64,000 bases of DNA from an uncultured cyanobacterium (GTDB lineage: Bacteria; Cyanobacteriota; Cyanobacteriia; Cyanobacteriales; Nostocaceae), in contig CAVUDP010000002.1 of assembly GCA_963740315.1 (NCBI GenBank), positions 1,248,001 to 1,312,000 of the forward strand. The letters run 5' to 3'. Under the pieces are notes generated by a model. It did not search any database. It was not told the origin of the DNA and was given only the letters and a program-made list of their open reading frames with translations. Positions 50,103 through 59,876 of the stretch are shown here, in pieces (positions within the stretch are counted from its first letter, which is position 1; each line of letters opens with the position of its first letter). Made by a program: the position numbers and the translations under genes.

Positions 50103-51515
50103 TCATCTACGAGAGAAGAAGCTGGTGAGTTTGGGCATTATACTGGGAATTATTATATACGCTAGTAAACCAGTTAATGCTCCTATTCCTAAACTCCAGG
50201 CAAAAGCTTGAGCTTGATATGCCAAGGGATTTTTGTTTTTGGGGACTTCGGCTAGGATAACAGCAGAAACTATTTGGCTAGTAGCGAGTCCGATACCTAC
50301 GGCAGCAATAGTATTATTTATAGAGCGGTCATTTTTAGTTTGTTCTATCTCAATAATTCCGCGTACCGTACTAATTAAGTCTTCTATTATTCTTAAGCTG
50401 GCACTAAGGCTAGCACAATCTTGTTGTATCTGAACTTCGTATTTATTTTTAACAGTTTTGGTAAATTTTTCTAAGCATTTTAAGTTAGTGTCACCTAATG
50501 TACTGTCATTTTGTTGTTTTTCTTTGGCTTTATTTTCAATATCTTTTATAAAATTTTGATAGTTTTGTAAATTATTTTCTATTGCTAAACGTAGTATTTC
50601 TAAAAAACCTAGCTTGCTGGCATAATCAGATAGTTTTACTATACTTTGGCTTAAAATTTTCTGTAAATCTTGTAATTCTTGTGAGGATATTTTCCGATCT
50701 GCAAAGGCATAATCAATCTTGTTGACTCGATTAATATTCTCTGAAACATCCTTAAATATGACTTTGAGTTTCGTGGTGAGTTGGCGACTATATGCGTATT
50801 CCCAAATAATTTTATTCCGCATATTAAATAATCGTAGCCAATCACCATAAAATTCTGCGGCTACTTCCATATTCCACAGATTACTATACAGGATAATCAG
50901 AACATGAATATTTTCTTGCTCGACATTGAGCCATTTTTGCGGTGGCTTCCAGATTTCAAAAACTGTTGCACCGAGGAATTTTCCTGGTTCTAGATTTTGA
51001 CATTCAATATTTTCTAAAATTTTGTATGTTTCTTTGGCGATCGCTTCTGGCTCTGGTTTGGTTCCTGGAGCCAGGGAACCGGAAACCATCCAAGTTTTGC
51101 CGATACTACCGCTTTTTGTTACTGCTTGTTGTTTGAGATTTTTGAAAACATCTATTGGCTGAGGATGATTTCTATCATCAATAGAACAATCAAAAATCAG
51201 CCCGTAAGTATCGTATAAACGAATTGGGTAATAGTAGCCTTCTAATTTATAGCTGTCGCTAGTGTCTGTAAAATAATAGTGATTATCTTGAATATTAAAT
51301 TGTTGTTTTGTCGGTTGTTCGATTAATTCTTCAATTAATTTAATATATTCCGGGTTTTCTCCCTTTTCTTCTTCTTCTAAATTTACCTTGATTTTATCTG
51401 GTAGGTTTTGCCAGAAGCTTTTATGATTTTCTTTAATTTGCTCGTCACTATCACCCAAACCATTTCTGAATTGGTAAAGAAACAAATCTAAGGTAGGGTA
51501 TATAATTTCTTTCAT
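50103..51515 (-). CDS. Hypothetical protein: soluble domain, long helical region, two C-terminal TM segments
   Basis: YPTLDLFLY start; TIAAVGIGLATSQIVSAVI and AFAWSLGIGALTGLLAYIII hydrophobic segments. Confidence 0.75.
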   Translation of the reverse strand: MKEIIYPTLDLFLYQFRNGLGDSDEQIKENHKSFWQNLPDKIKVNLEEEEKGENPEYIKLIEELIEQPTKQQFNIQDNHYYFTDTSDSYKLEGYYYPIRLYDTYGLIFDCSIDDRNHPQPIDVFKNLKQQAVTKSGSIGKTWMVSGSLAPGTKPEPEAIAKETYKILENIECQNLEPGKFLGATVFEIWKPPQKWLNVEQENIHVLIILYSNLWNMEVAAEFYGDWLRLFNMRNKIIWEYAYSRQLTTKLKVIFKDVSENINRVNKIDYAFADRKISSQELQDLQKILSQSIVKLSDYASKLGFLEILRLAIENNLQNYQNFIKDIENKAKEKQQNDSTLGDTNLKCLEKFTKTVKNKYEVQIQQDCASLSASLRIIEDLISTVRGIIEIEQTKNDRSINNTIAAVGIGLATSQIVSAVILAEVPKNKNPLAYQAQAFAWSLGIGALTGLLAYIIIPSIMPKLTSFFSRR

Positions 51516-51540
51516 GAAGTCATTATTCGCTAATCAGCAC

Positions 51541-51681
51541 TTAATAATTTTTATGATTCTGTTTTTGTGATTTTTTCGGCGTTGGAGGGTTAATATTTAA
51601 CGGTTTTAAATCATCAGATTTTGGCTTATCTTTGCTAACGGGAAAGCCTTGCTTTTGTTCATTAGGTGCTTCTTGACTCAT
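51541..51681 (-). CDS. 46-aa peptide paralogous to the C-terminal tail of 51708-52070
   Basis: Below ORF-track cutoff. MSQEAPNEQKQGFPVSKDKPKSDDLKPLNINPPTPKKSQKQNHKNY*; fills the gap between co-oriented genes. Confidence 0.7.
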   Translation of the reverse strand: MSQEAPNEQKQGFPVSKDKPKSDDLKPLNINPPTPKKSQKQNHKNY

Positions 51682-51707
51682 AATTATTTACTGCTTTTAT
51701 TTGTTGA

Positions 51708-52070
51708 TTAGGTGGACGTAGAATGTTGGGAATTTGAATTACTTGATGATGGGGTAGGAGGGTTAGTATTTCTGGAACCGAGTTCTTCTTGCTTGGGGTT
51801 ATCGTTTTTTACAGGAAAGCCTTTATTGCGTTCTTGTTCGCTTTCTTGTTTTTTTAAGTTTCGTCTTTGAGCATCATAAATTTTTTTCAGTGGTTCGCAT
51901 TTTTTGAATAAGCTATCAAGCTGCTTAATTGTATCTTCTGTTGCTTGCTCGTTCAAAGCCTTACACAATACATTTATTTCTTTTTGTATTTCCTGCGGCA
52001 GAGTTGATACATCAAATTGGTCAACTGCACTTAAGAAAGCTTCTCTGCGAATCGCATATTTTGCTTGCAT
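51708..52070 (-). CDS. Small CHAT-associated protein (helical N-terminus, disordered tail)
   Basis: Starts 11 nt after the CHAT stop; tail QERNKGFPV..NPPTP. Confidence 0.75.
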   Translation of the reverse strand: MQAKYAIRREAFLSAVDQFDVSTLPQEIQKEINVLCKALNEQATEDTIKQLDSLFKKCEPLKKIYDAQRRNLKKQESEQERNKGFPVKNDNPKQEELGSRNTNPPTPSSSNSNSQHSTST

Positions 52071-52081
52071 AATTTTTGAGT

Positions 52082-55015
52082 TTAAAAATAAATTTTACCA
52101 GTAATAATAAAACCAGCCCAGTAATAAGGATGGGCATAAGGAGGAATTTGTGTATTTATTTTAGCGAAGTCATCTTCGATGATAGCGGCTTCATCTAGCA
52201 AATCTTCCGCACAAATATTATCTTTTTCTGTAACTTCCTCAGCACGTTGTTTGTACCAATTTACAAGTTCGCTGTATGTTAAATTACTTAACCATTTCTG
52301 GATACGTCTAAGTGCAACTGCTGGAGCAATATTCCAATCAGGTTGACGGTAAAATTCAATCATAAATAAAGCACTGGATACCGATTCGACTGTCCAGAGG
52401 GTACTAAGAACATTGGTTACACCTTGGCATAGAAAAGCACTCACTAATCCCACATACTCATTATCGATGGTTTGATTACCTGTAATCGCAGTTTCGCAAG
52501 CTGAAAGGCTAACTAGATGGTAGCTATCTAGCGATAATTCGCTTATGTTTTCTAGAGTTAATCTGTCTTTACCGCTTAGTGCAAGACAAGATAGCTTTGG
52601 TCGTTGGTAATTGTAGGTTGCGTGTCCTGTAAAGTGAAATACTTGGTAGCTATTTGCTAGAGCTGTTTTGATATTTTTTTGGATTGCTGTGCTTCCAGCT
52701 ATTCGCTGCGAACTTGCGAACATTGCACAAATGATCGCGGATTCGATTTCTGCGTGACGTAATTCTTCAAATGGCTTACCATCTGAATCTTTGCTATCGG
52801 GTGATTCTATACTTAAGATGCTGCTTGAGGAAATAGGCTGTTTTTGCTGTAAATTTATCCCAATTTGAGCGCTAGGTAGATAATTGATGGTGAAATTATC
52901 TGGAAAAAGTCCATGAAGGGGGAAGCGGTGTAAATCGCGATGGGGAATTAAAATCAGATTTTGGATCTGAGAATTAGAATTTTGGATTGATTCGGTAATA
53001 TGGGGAATGTTGAGAATTTCCTTGAGTTGTTCGAGTAATTGTGGTAAATTATCGCGCCAATCTGAATTTGATACCTGGTTGTTTTTTCTTCGATAATCCT
53101 CGTATTGTGTATCCCAATTTTTTATCCAAGCTTCTAATTTATCCGGCTTTTGTGTGGGGATAACGATGGGTTTATCTGCACCGGGTTGAATAATAAATGT
53201 GGTGAGAGCAAAGGGGCTAAGATGCCAGTATATTATTGCCGTATTTGGGTTGACTAACTCTTGAATTTCGCTGTAGCTGGGGCTAATAATATGTTCTTTT
53301 TGATTATCCAGTATCCAGGTGAGGTAGAAATTTTTGTTTCTCTCCGCAGCTTCTAAAGCAAGTGCAAAATCATCATCTTCGATTAATACATCTACCCGCA
53401 TTTGTGAGAAACTATAATATTCCGCTTGTAATTTGCGCTTTTGCAAAGAAGATTTATCGGGAGAGTTTAATAAATTTCTGAATACTTCTAATGCTTGTCT
53501 TCGCCATTGTTTTGCTTCGTCGTCTTTGCTTAAGCCAAATAACACGCGAATTAAGTCTTTTAATACTTTTAAATGTAATTCGGGGAAAGCTTCTTTTGTT
53601 AGGGTAATTAAGGCTTGTTTATATTCAGCTTCTGCTTGCAGCCAATATTGACGGTAATCTCGTTCTCCTACTCCTTGATAATAGTGAGCTTCACCTGTTG
53701 CTTGATGCAATATTCCCCAACCTTCTGAGTGGGTATTTTGTTGGCAATATTTCAAGCCTTCCTGATAGCTTGCTAATCTTCCTTGATAACCACGCTGGTT
53801 CAAGGCTGGGTTTTGTATGGTAAAAGAGTTAGGAAGAGCAAAGAATTGATTAAAACTAATGGAATCTCCGGCTGCAACACCCCGGTTGTTCCAAGCTTCG
53901 TGGATGTCAGGTTTAATTTCAACTGCTTTGTCGTAGGATGCGATCGCCTCTTCAAACCTTTCCAATTTACCCAGCGCAACACCCCGGTTGTTCCAAGCTT
54001 TGTAGTCGTCAGGTTTAAATTCAACTGCTTTGTCAAAAGATGCGATCGCTTGTTCAAACCTTTTCAAATTACCCAGCGCAACACCCCGGTTTAACCAAGC
54101 ATCGTGGTAATCAGGTTTAATTTCAACAGCTTTGTCAAAAGATGCAATGGCTTGTTCAAACCTTTCCAAATTACGCAGCGCAACACCCCGGTTGTACCAA
54201 GCTTTGTAGTCGTCAGGTTTTAATTTAATTACTTCATTGAAGGATTCAATTGCTTGTTGAAAACGTCCTAAATAATCACATAAAACAATACCCCGGTTGT
54301 TCCAAGCTTCGTCGTAGTCAGGTTTAATTTCAATTGCTTTGTCATAATATGCGATCGCTTCGTCGAATCTTGCCAAGTTAAACAGCGTAAAACCCCGATA
54401 AAACCAAGCTTGATGTTCGTTAGGTTTAATTTCAATTACTTTGTCATAAGATGCGATTGCTTCGTCGAACCTTGCCAATTTACCCAGCGCATTACCCCGG
54501 ATGTACCAAACATCGTGGTAGTCAGGTTTAAATTCAACAGCTTTGTCAAAAGATGCGATGCTACCTTCAAAATCCCTATTATCAAACTGCTCAACACCTC
54601 TTTCAAACCAAACTTCCGCTTCTGTCTTTTCTTCTCCTTCTCCCTTCTCCAACAATTCCCTCCCAATCTCACCAGCTACCTCACTCAACTCCCCAAAACC
54701 AACCTTACTCAACAGCACCATCCGCTCTGCTAACTCACGATTTTCCCCATCCCCAGCCAACAACCTCTCACCAAAACGCCGTAACCATCCGACAAAATCA
54801 TCCTTAACGATATTTCTCCAATCTAAAAAAGCTTTCACACTGCCGCGACTCCACCCTTCATCATTCACTCCATCCAACAACTGAAGAAATAATGATTCAC
54901 ATTCCGCATCCGTCAACAACTCGCGTGGTTTTACGCTAATATCCGGTTTGGGAGGATTTCTACCAAATAAGCGCTGCCAAAAATTCTTAAACCACCGCCA
55001 AAGCCGCTTAATCAT
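52082..55015 (-). CDS. TPR-repeat CHAT (caspase/separase-like) protease
   Basis: About seven 34-aa TPRs; ILIPHRDLHRFPLH, FHFTGHA (His), LSACET (Cys), VLSTLWTV, HPYYWAGF. Confidence 0.92.
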   Translation of the reverse strand: MIKRLWRWFKNFWQRLFGRNPPKPDISVKPRELLTDAECESLFLQLLDGVNDEGWSRGSVKAFLDWRNIVKDDFVGWLRRFGERLLAGDGENRELAERMVLLSKVGFGELSEVAGEIGRELLEKGEGEEKTEAEVWFERGVEQFDNRDFEGSIASFDKAVEFKPDYHDVWYIRGNALGKLARFDEAIASYDKVIEIKPNEHQAWFYRGFTLFNLARFDEAIAYYDKAIEIKPDYDEAWNNRGIVLCDYLGRFQQAIESFNEVIKLKPDDYKAWYNRGVALRNLERFEQAIASFDKAVEIKPDYHDAWLNRGVALGNLKRFEQAIASFDKAVEFKPDDYKAWNNRGVALGKLERFEEAIASYDKAVEIKPDIHEAWNNRGVAAGDSISFNQFFALPNSFTIQNPALNQRGYQGRLASYQEGLKYCQQNTHSEGWGILHQATGEAHYYQGVGERDYRQYWLQAEAEYKQALITLTKEAFPELHLKVLKDLIRVLFGLSKDDEAKQWRRQALEVFRNLLNSPDKSSLQKRKLQAEYYSFSQMRVDVLIEDDDFALALEAAERNKNFYLTWILDNQKEHIISPSYSEIQELVNPNTAIIYWHLSPFALTTFIIQPGADKPIVIPTQKPDKLEAWIKNWDTQYEDYRRKNNQVSNSDWRDNLPQLLEQLKEILNIPHITESIQNSNSQIQNLILIPHRDLHRFPLHGLFPDNFTINYLPSAQIGINLQQKQPISSSSILSIESPDSKDSDGKPFEELRHAEIESAIICAMFASSQRIAGSTAIQKNIKTALANSYQVFHFTGHATYNYQRPKLSCLALSGKDRLTLENISELSLDSYHLVSLSACETAITGNQTIDNEYVGLVSAFLCQGVTNVLSTLWTVESVSSALFMIEFYRQPDWNIAPAVALRRIQKWLSNLTYSELVNWYKQRAEEVTEKDNICAEDLLDEAAIIEDDFAKINTQIPPYAHPYYWAGFIITGKIYF

Positions 55016-55371
55016 GATGCTGGGGTTTTTACCAGTGTGATTACTTAGATAGTAGCAAAATTAGTAAAGCAACAATGGTTATAGTTCGTATTTATTTATG
55101 AGTTCGAGGTCTATAAATATTACTATGTAAGCTTTTCAGTCTACTTTAGTAGACTTGAGCTATTAGCCTTGGAATTGATTCCAAGGTGTTTTTGAAAGCT
55201 AAACGAGTTAATATCAACCAAGACTTAAGATATTGTCACAAATGGTTGTTAGCGGAGCGTGACGCGGTAGCGTCATTGGTGCGTGATGCTACAAACCTTA
55301 TTGCTACGTTCAAATTAACGATAGGGCATCACACACCTTACAAGAAAAATGTGCCTGTTGCGTAAGTCGTA

Positions 55372-56016
55372 TCAACTTTTTAATTGCTCTCTCACCCAAT
55401 TCCTAAAAGCTTTGATCGCAGAATTTCGACCAGCTACTCTACTTTGTTCAAGATATTTTGGTAAAACTTCACTCAAAGGTAAATTAGGAAAGTTCTTACT
55501 TTGCTCAGATACAACATAAGACCCATTTTGCAGCAAATTTATCTGTAATTTACCTTTTTCAAATCGCCAAAGTTCCGGCACTTTCAACGCTGCATAAATA
55601 CTCGGATGAGTCCGAGAAGTAAGATCGATTTCTAAAGCTAAATCGGGTGGTGGATCTTGTGTCAAATCGAGTCGCTTTTTACCACGAATTTTACTCTCAT
55701 TTTGAATATAAAAACATTGATCTGGTTCTATTCCCTGAAGCATTACTTGATTTTTAAAAGTTGTAGAACCAAGACTAAGAAATTCAGTATCTAACTCTTC
55801 TAGAAGTACTTTTATTAAGTCACCAATAATTTCTTTATCAAATTCATGTTCTGGCAATGGTGCCATTATCTCTAATACTCCTCGGTCATAAGCAACACGT
55901 GCAGCGCGATGTTCTCCCAGTTCATCAAGAATTGTTTCAAATTCTTGCCAGGTGACATCACGCAACAACACACGTTGTCCTGGTGGAACATCAATACGTT
56001 TAATGCTTAAGAGCAT
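55372..56016 (-). CDS. Uma2-family (PD-(D/E)XK) endonuclease
   Basis: LEIMAPLPEHE, EPDQCFY, PPDLALEID, VPELW. Confidence 0.88.
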   Translation of the reverse strand: MLLSIKRIDVPPGQRVLLRDVTWQEFETILDELGEHRAARVAYDRGVLEIMAPLPEHEFDKEIIGDLIKVLLEELDTEFLSLGSTTFKNQVMLQGIEPDQCFYIQNESKIRGKKRLDLTQDPPPDLALEIDLTSRTHPSIYAALKVPELWRFEKGKLQINLLQNGSYVVSEQSKNFPNLPLSEVLPKYLEQSRVAGRNSAIKAFRNWVREQLKS

Positions 56017-56094
56017 ATTACTACTCCGAGTCGTTGAGCGATTACTATTAGCTTAATAAGGTCAAAGGTCTGCATGTCAAAGGTCAATATTAAA

Positions 56095-56160
56095 AAACTC
56101 CTAACTGCATCCGTTGCCTAACTGCATCCGTTGCCTAACTGCATCCGTTGCCTAACTCCT
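56095..56160. repeat. Three tandem CCTAACTGCATCCGTTG 17-mers
   Basis: Variant of the 17-mer at ~12150-12250. Confidence 0.8.
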
Positions 56161-59030
56161 CAATCCGGTCTTAAATCGTTCGATATCTCAATAATCCCCC
56201 TAGAACCATCAATGCGTACTCGCTGACCATCTTGCAATAACCAAGTAGCATTATGTACGTCCATGACTGCGGGAATTCCGTATTCGCGGGCGATAATTGC
56301 GCCGTGACTCAGCCTTCCGCCAGCTTCGGCTATTAATCCGCCAGCCCTTGCCAATAAAGCAACCCAGCCAGAATCGGTGTAAGGAACTACTAAAATTGTC
56401 TGCTTATCAATATCCGGCACTGCCTGTAAATTTCGCACCACTTTAACTCTCCCTTCAACTAACCCGTGACTGGCGGCGATTCCGGTTAGCATTCCATCGG
56501 GGACGAGTGAAGGACGAGAAAAGAAAATCGATAGGGGAGGTGCATTACCGTAAACTAACAGGGGCGCGGGATTGAGTTGGCTATCTTCTGCAAGTTGGGT
56601 TTTTCTAATTTTCACCAATTCCATTAAATGACTTATCAGTTGATAATCTGAATCCCTAATTATTTTTTGTATCTCTTCAATTTCTAGAAAAAAGATGTCT
56701 CCGGGTTCCTCAAGTAAACCGTTTTGCAACCAATTGCGTTCTAATGCGATAAAAGACCAACGTAACTGTGCTAATAATCGAGAATAAATTTCTGTAACTC
56801 GTCCTTTTAAATCTACCCGACGTTGTACGGCTCCCCCTCGCTTACGCTTCGAGGCTGGGGGTTGATTTCCTTGCATTAACTGCACAAATAACAGTTTTAC
56901 AGCTTCGGGTTCTTCTCGCCAAGTTGGAACTGCAATATCTGTACCGACATCACTTAAATAACCGTAACGGTTGAGTAATATTTCAAACCCTTCGAGAATT
57001 TTTTGTCCCGGCGTGGAAACTGCTAAATCCTCAAATAGCGTTTCTGAATCAAATTCGGGTAATATTAATTTTGCTGCTGCGGCTAATTCGCCAAGTTCTC
57101 GTAATGCTGCAACTTCGGGAGCCGCACTATTATCAATGTCACTATCTTTTGGTTTAAAAATTCCTTGTCTAATAGCAGCACTCAAGGGAGCCATAATACT
57201 ATAATATGTAGCGCTACGAAGCAGTTCTAAAATAAATTCAATTCGTTCTAACAGCTGATCTTGGTCGAGTTCGAGTAGCGATTGTTGCGTTAATTCACTC
57301 AAACCTGGTTGAAATCTTTTGCGGTAATCTCGCTTAAAATCTCTTGCTAAACTTAATTCTCTTGTCAGCAACCGCAGCAATCCGGGAAAATTTGACAAAG
57401 TAGAATCTAGAGGCGGTTTGCTCATCTTGGCTCCTCTAGTCAGAAATTCCAAACTTTCGGGAGGTAAACCCATGCGTCGAAAAATCTGTCCTAAAAGACT
57501 GGCGTTAAAATAAGCTCTGGAAAAATGAAGTGTCGCCGTTTGGTTGAAATCTAAGCCTAAAGCACGTTCGCCCAATACTAATGCAAAAATTCCTCCCCAA
57601 ACTCCGCAAGTTAAGGGACGATTAATTGACCAGGTTAAGGGGTGAATTATTCCCGGAATTACTTCGGCGGCAATTTTGCGCGTCCAAATCGGTAATAATG
57701 TTGTGATCGGACGAACTTGCAATATCCACAAAGTTTGACCGTCATAACTCCATTCGATATCTTGGGGAATGCCGTGATAGTGTTGTTCGATTTGACGAGC
57801 TAAGTATGCTACTTGTTTAATTAATACTGCGGGTATTTGTCCTTCACCTTCCAAATGTACGGAAGATAAATTCTCTGTTTTCACAACAAAAGCCCGATAT
57901 TGTTCCGGCGTGTATCTCCCAGAAACTACTTGAGCCGCACTTCCGGCTGCTGCTTCAATTACTACAGCATCGCTTTCTTGAGTAATTGGATCGCGACTAA
58001 AAGTAACTCCTGAAAATACCCCTTGGACTTGTTGTTGAATCAACACCGCCATTGCAGTTTCTTTTAAATTGCGATCGCGTCGATATTGAGTTGCGCCGGA
58101 ATGCTCGTAGGAAGCGCGAACTGTATTTATAGCTTGTAGTAAACCTTCTTTTGTTGTAACGTTCAAAACAGTTTCATACTGTCCGGCGGCGGAAGCTTCT
58201 TCTGTATCTTCTCCTAACGCCGAAGAACGTACTGCAAGGGGAGATAAATCTGATGGCTGAAGAAAATCTATCAGCGTTTGGGGTTCATCCATTGGAGTCA
58301 GTACCCAACCTTTAGGAACTGGATAACCAATGCGCTTCATTTCCGAGGATCTAGCTGCTTTATTCCCTACAATCGCAGCATCCAATTCATCATCTAAGGA
58401 AAGAATTTTTTGGTCGCCGCGTAACAATTGAAACATTGCTTGTGACTCTGGTTTAGCTTCAGTTGCTTTTAAATTTAAATCATCGGGAATCTGTTGGTAA
58501 ATCCAGCCAAGTAACCCTGCTAAGACAACCGCAGCCAAAATTTGCGGTATATCGTTAAAATGCAGTACAGCTACAATTAGGGGAAATAAAATCAACACCC
58601 CATACTTTGCTAATTCCTTGGAACGTAAAAGCAGAAAGCTGATGCTACCAACTAACAATACAAACGCCGCCGCCATCGGATCGTGTACTGCAAATCCCCA
58701 GACAACGTTTGTAGTTCCAGCCCCTTTACCCATCCAGAATCTACCTATAACCAAGGTAATTAAGGCAACTATTTCCCAGTAGGAACCATTACCGAAAAAA
58801 GCACGGGCAATTAAAACCGCACCAACTCCTTTAAGGGCTTCCGATAAAACAGCCAGAACTCCTACCAAAGTTCCACCGTGGTAGAAAGCAGCACTTACGC
58901 CAATATTACCAGTACCGATTTCCGCCAATCGTCGCTTTGCCAAAGCATTGGTTATCCACGAAATCACTGGCAATCCACCCAAAAGCGGACAGATAATAAA
59001 AATAACTAAAGCGCCCCAGAGTTCAAGCAT
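56160..59030 (-). CDS. PlsY-like acyltransferase domain fused to PEP-synthase-like ATP-grasp and phospho-His swivel domains
   Basis: GTGNIG..EALKG..GKGAG; AVRSSA.GED..SAAGQY, DIEW..LQVRPIT; GGRLSHGAIIAREYGIPAV. Confidence 0.82.
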   Translation of the reverse strand: MLELWGALVIFIICPLLGGLPVISWITNALAKRRLAEIGTGNIGVSAAFYHGGTLVGVLAVLSEALKGVGAVLIARAFFGNGSYWEIVALITLVIGRFWMGKGAGTTNVVWGFAVHDPMAAAFVLLVGSISFLLLRSKELAKYGVLILFPLIVAVLHFNDIPQILAAVVLAGLLGWIYQQIPDDLNLKATEAKPESQAMFQLLRGDQKILSLDDELDAAIVGNKAARSSEMKRIGYPVPKGWVLTPMDEPQTLIDFLQPSDLSPLAVRSSALGEDTEEASAAGQYETVLNVTTKEGLLQAINTVRASYEHSGATQYRRDRNLKETAMAVLIQQQVQGVFSGVTFSRDPITQESDAVVIEAAAGSAAQVVSGRYTPEQYRAFVVKTENLSSVHLEGEGQIPAVLIKQVAYLARQIEQHYHGIPQDIEWSYDGQTLWILQVRPITTLLPIWTRKIAAEVIPGIIHPLTWSINRPLTCGVWGGIFALVLGERALGLDFNQTATLHFSRAYFNASLLGQIFRRMGLPPESLEFLTRGAKMSKPPLDSTLSNFPGLLRLLTRELSLARDFKRDYRKRFQPGLSELTQQSLLELDQDQLLERIEFILELLRSATYYSIMAPLSAAIRQGIFKPKDSDIDNSAAPEVAALRELGELAAAAKLILPEFDSETLFEDLAVSTPGQKILEGFEILLNRYGYLSDVGTDIAVPTWREEPEAVKLLFVQLMQGNQPPASKRKRGGAVQRRVDLKGRVTEIYSRLLAQLRWSFIALERNWLQNGLLEEPGDIFFLEIEEIQKIIRDSDYQLISHLMELVKIRKTQLAEDSQLNPAPLLVYGNAPPLSIFFSRPSLVPDGMLTGIAASHGLVEGRVKVVRNLQAVPDIDKQTILVVPYTDSGWVALLARAGGLIAEAGGRLSHGAIIAREYGIPAVMDVHNATWLLQDGQRVRIDGSRGIIEISNDLRPD

Positions 59031-59302
59031 ATAATTGATTTTTGATTTCCCTTAAATCTAAATCCAAAATCTCCTATTATTAGATTTTGATAATGATAAT
59101 GGACTAAGGGGCGATGATAATATAATCCGCACCCCTTAGAATCGTTAGCTAAGAATGAATTGTCACCGATCAACAAGAATTCATAATTATTTTCGCGTTC
59201 CCACTCAACATTTCCCTACAGCCTCGGTAAGTGAATATTGTCGAGCCGACTTAACACATCCCTAATACATTTACCGCCTTGATTTCTGGAGTTCCTCGTT
59301 TC

Positions 59303-59443
59303 CTAGTTTACCTCGTAAGCCACCTGCAAAGCCCAAAATATCAGTAATGCAATCGAACCCAAAACCAGAACGGTAGAAATAGTTACAGCTTTAGGAGTAT
59401 CCGCACCTTTAAACTTCATGATTCCTCGATTTAAGTCGGACAT
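59303..59443 (-). CDS. Small single-TM protein
   Basis: MSDLNRGIMKFKGADTP + TM; ATG at 59443 preferred over the longer ORF. Confidence 0.6.
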   Translation of the reverse strand: MSDLNRGIMKFKGADTPKAVTISTVLVLGSIALLIFWALQVAYEVN

Positions 59444-59569
59444 AACAAATAATTTTCCTTTTTTGATTATGCGAACTATCCGCCTTGATTGTAGTTCGTT
59501 ACCTCCTAGATAAGCAGATACAACCAAAACATTCCGATAACAATTTGCTTAAGAAAAGTAAAGTAAGGT

Positions 59570-59822
59570 TAAAGGTCTGCATGTCAAAGGTCTGCATGTT
59601 AAAGGTCTGCATGTCAAAGGTCAAAGGTATAATAACTCCTTCTCCCCATCCCCCCATCTCCCCATCTCCCCATCCCCCCCCGCTCGCCGCACGCTCCGCG
59701 TGTTCAGCGCGGCACGACTCGTTAGAGTAACGGGTTCACCACTTCTCTCAACGGTCGTGTTCCTCCGCACGAGAGTGGATTCACCATCCCCCCATCCCCC
59801 CATCCCCCCATCTCCCCCTCTC
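59570..59822. repeat. AAAGGTCTGCATGTC 15-mers and CCCCATC tract with ~105-bp GC-rich insert
   Basis: 15-mer also at ~56064; insert at ~59680-59785. Confidence 0.7.
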
Positions 59823-59876
59823 TCGTCGTGTATATTGGTGTAATTTGTGCCATCACACGAAAAAAGGTATTAAACG

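Noticed and set aside
53870..54600. ~102-bp periodic repeats
   Set aside because: TPR-coding repeats; no spacers and no cas genes
49889..55400. Integrative element at tRNA-Thr
   Set aside because: No integrase and no duplicated tRNA 3' end seen in the window
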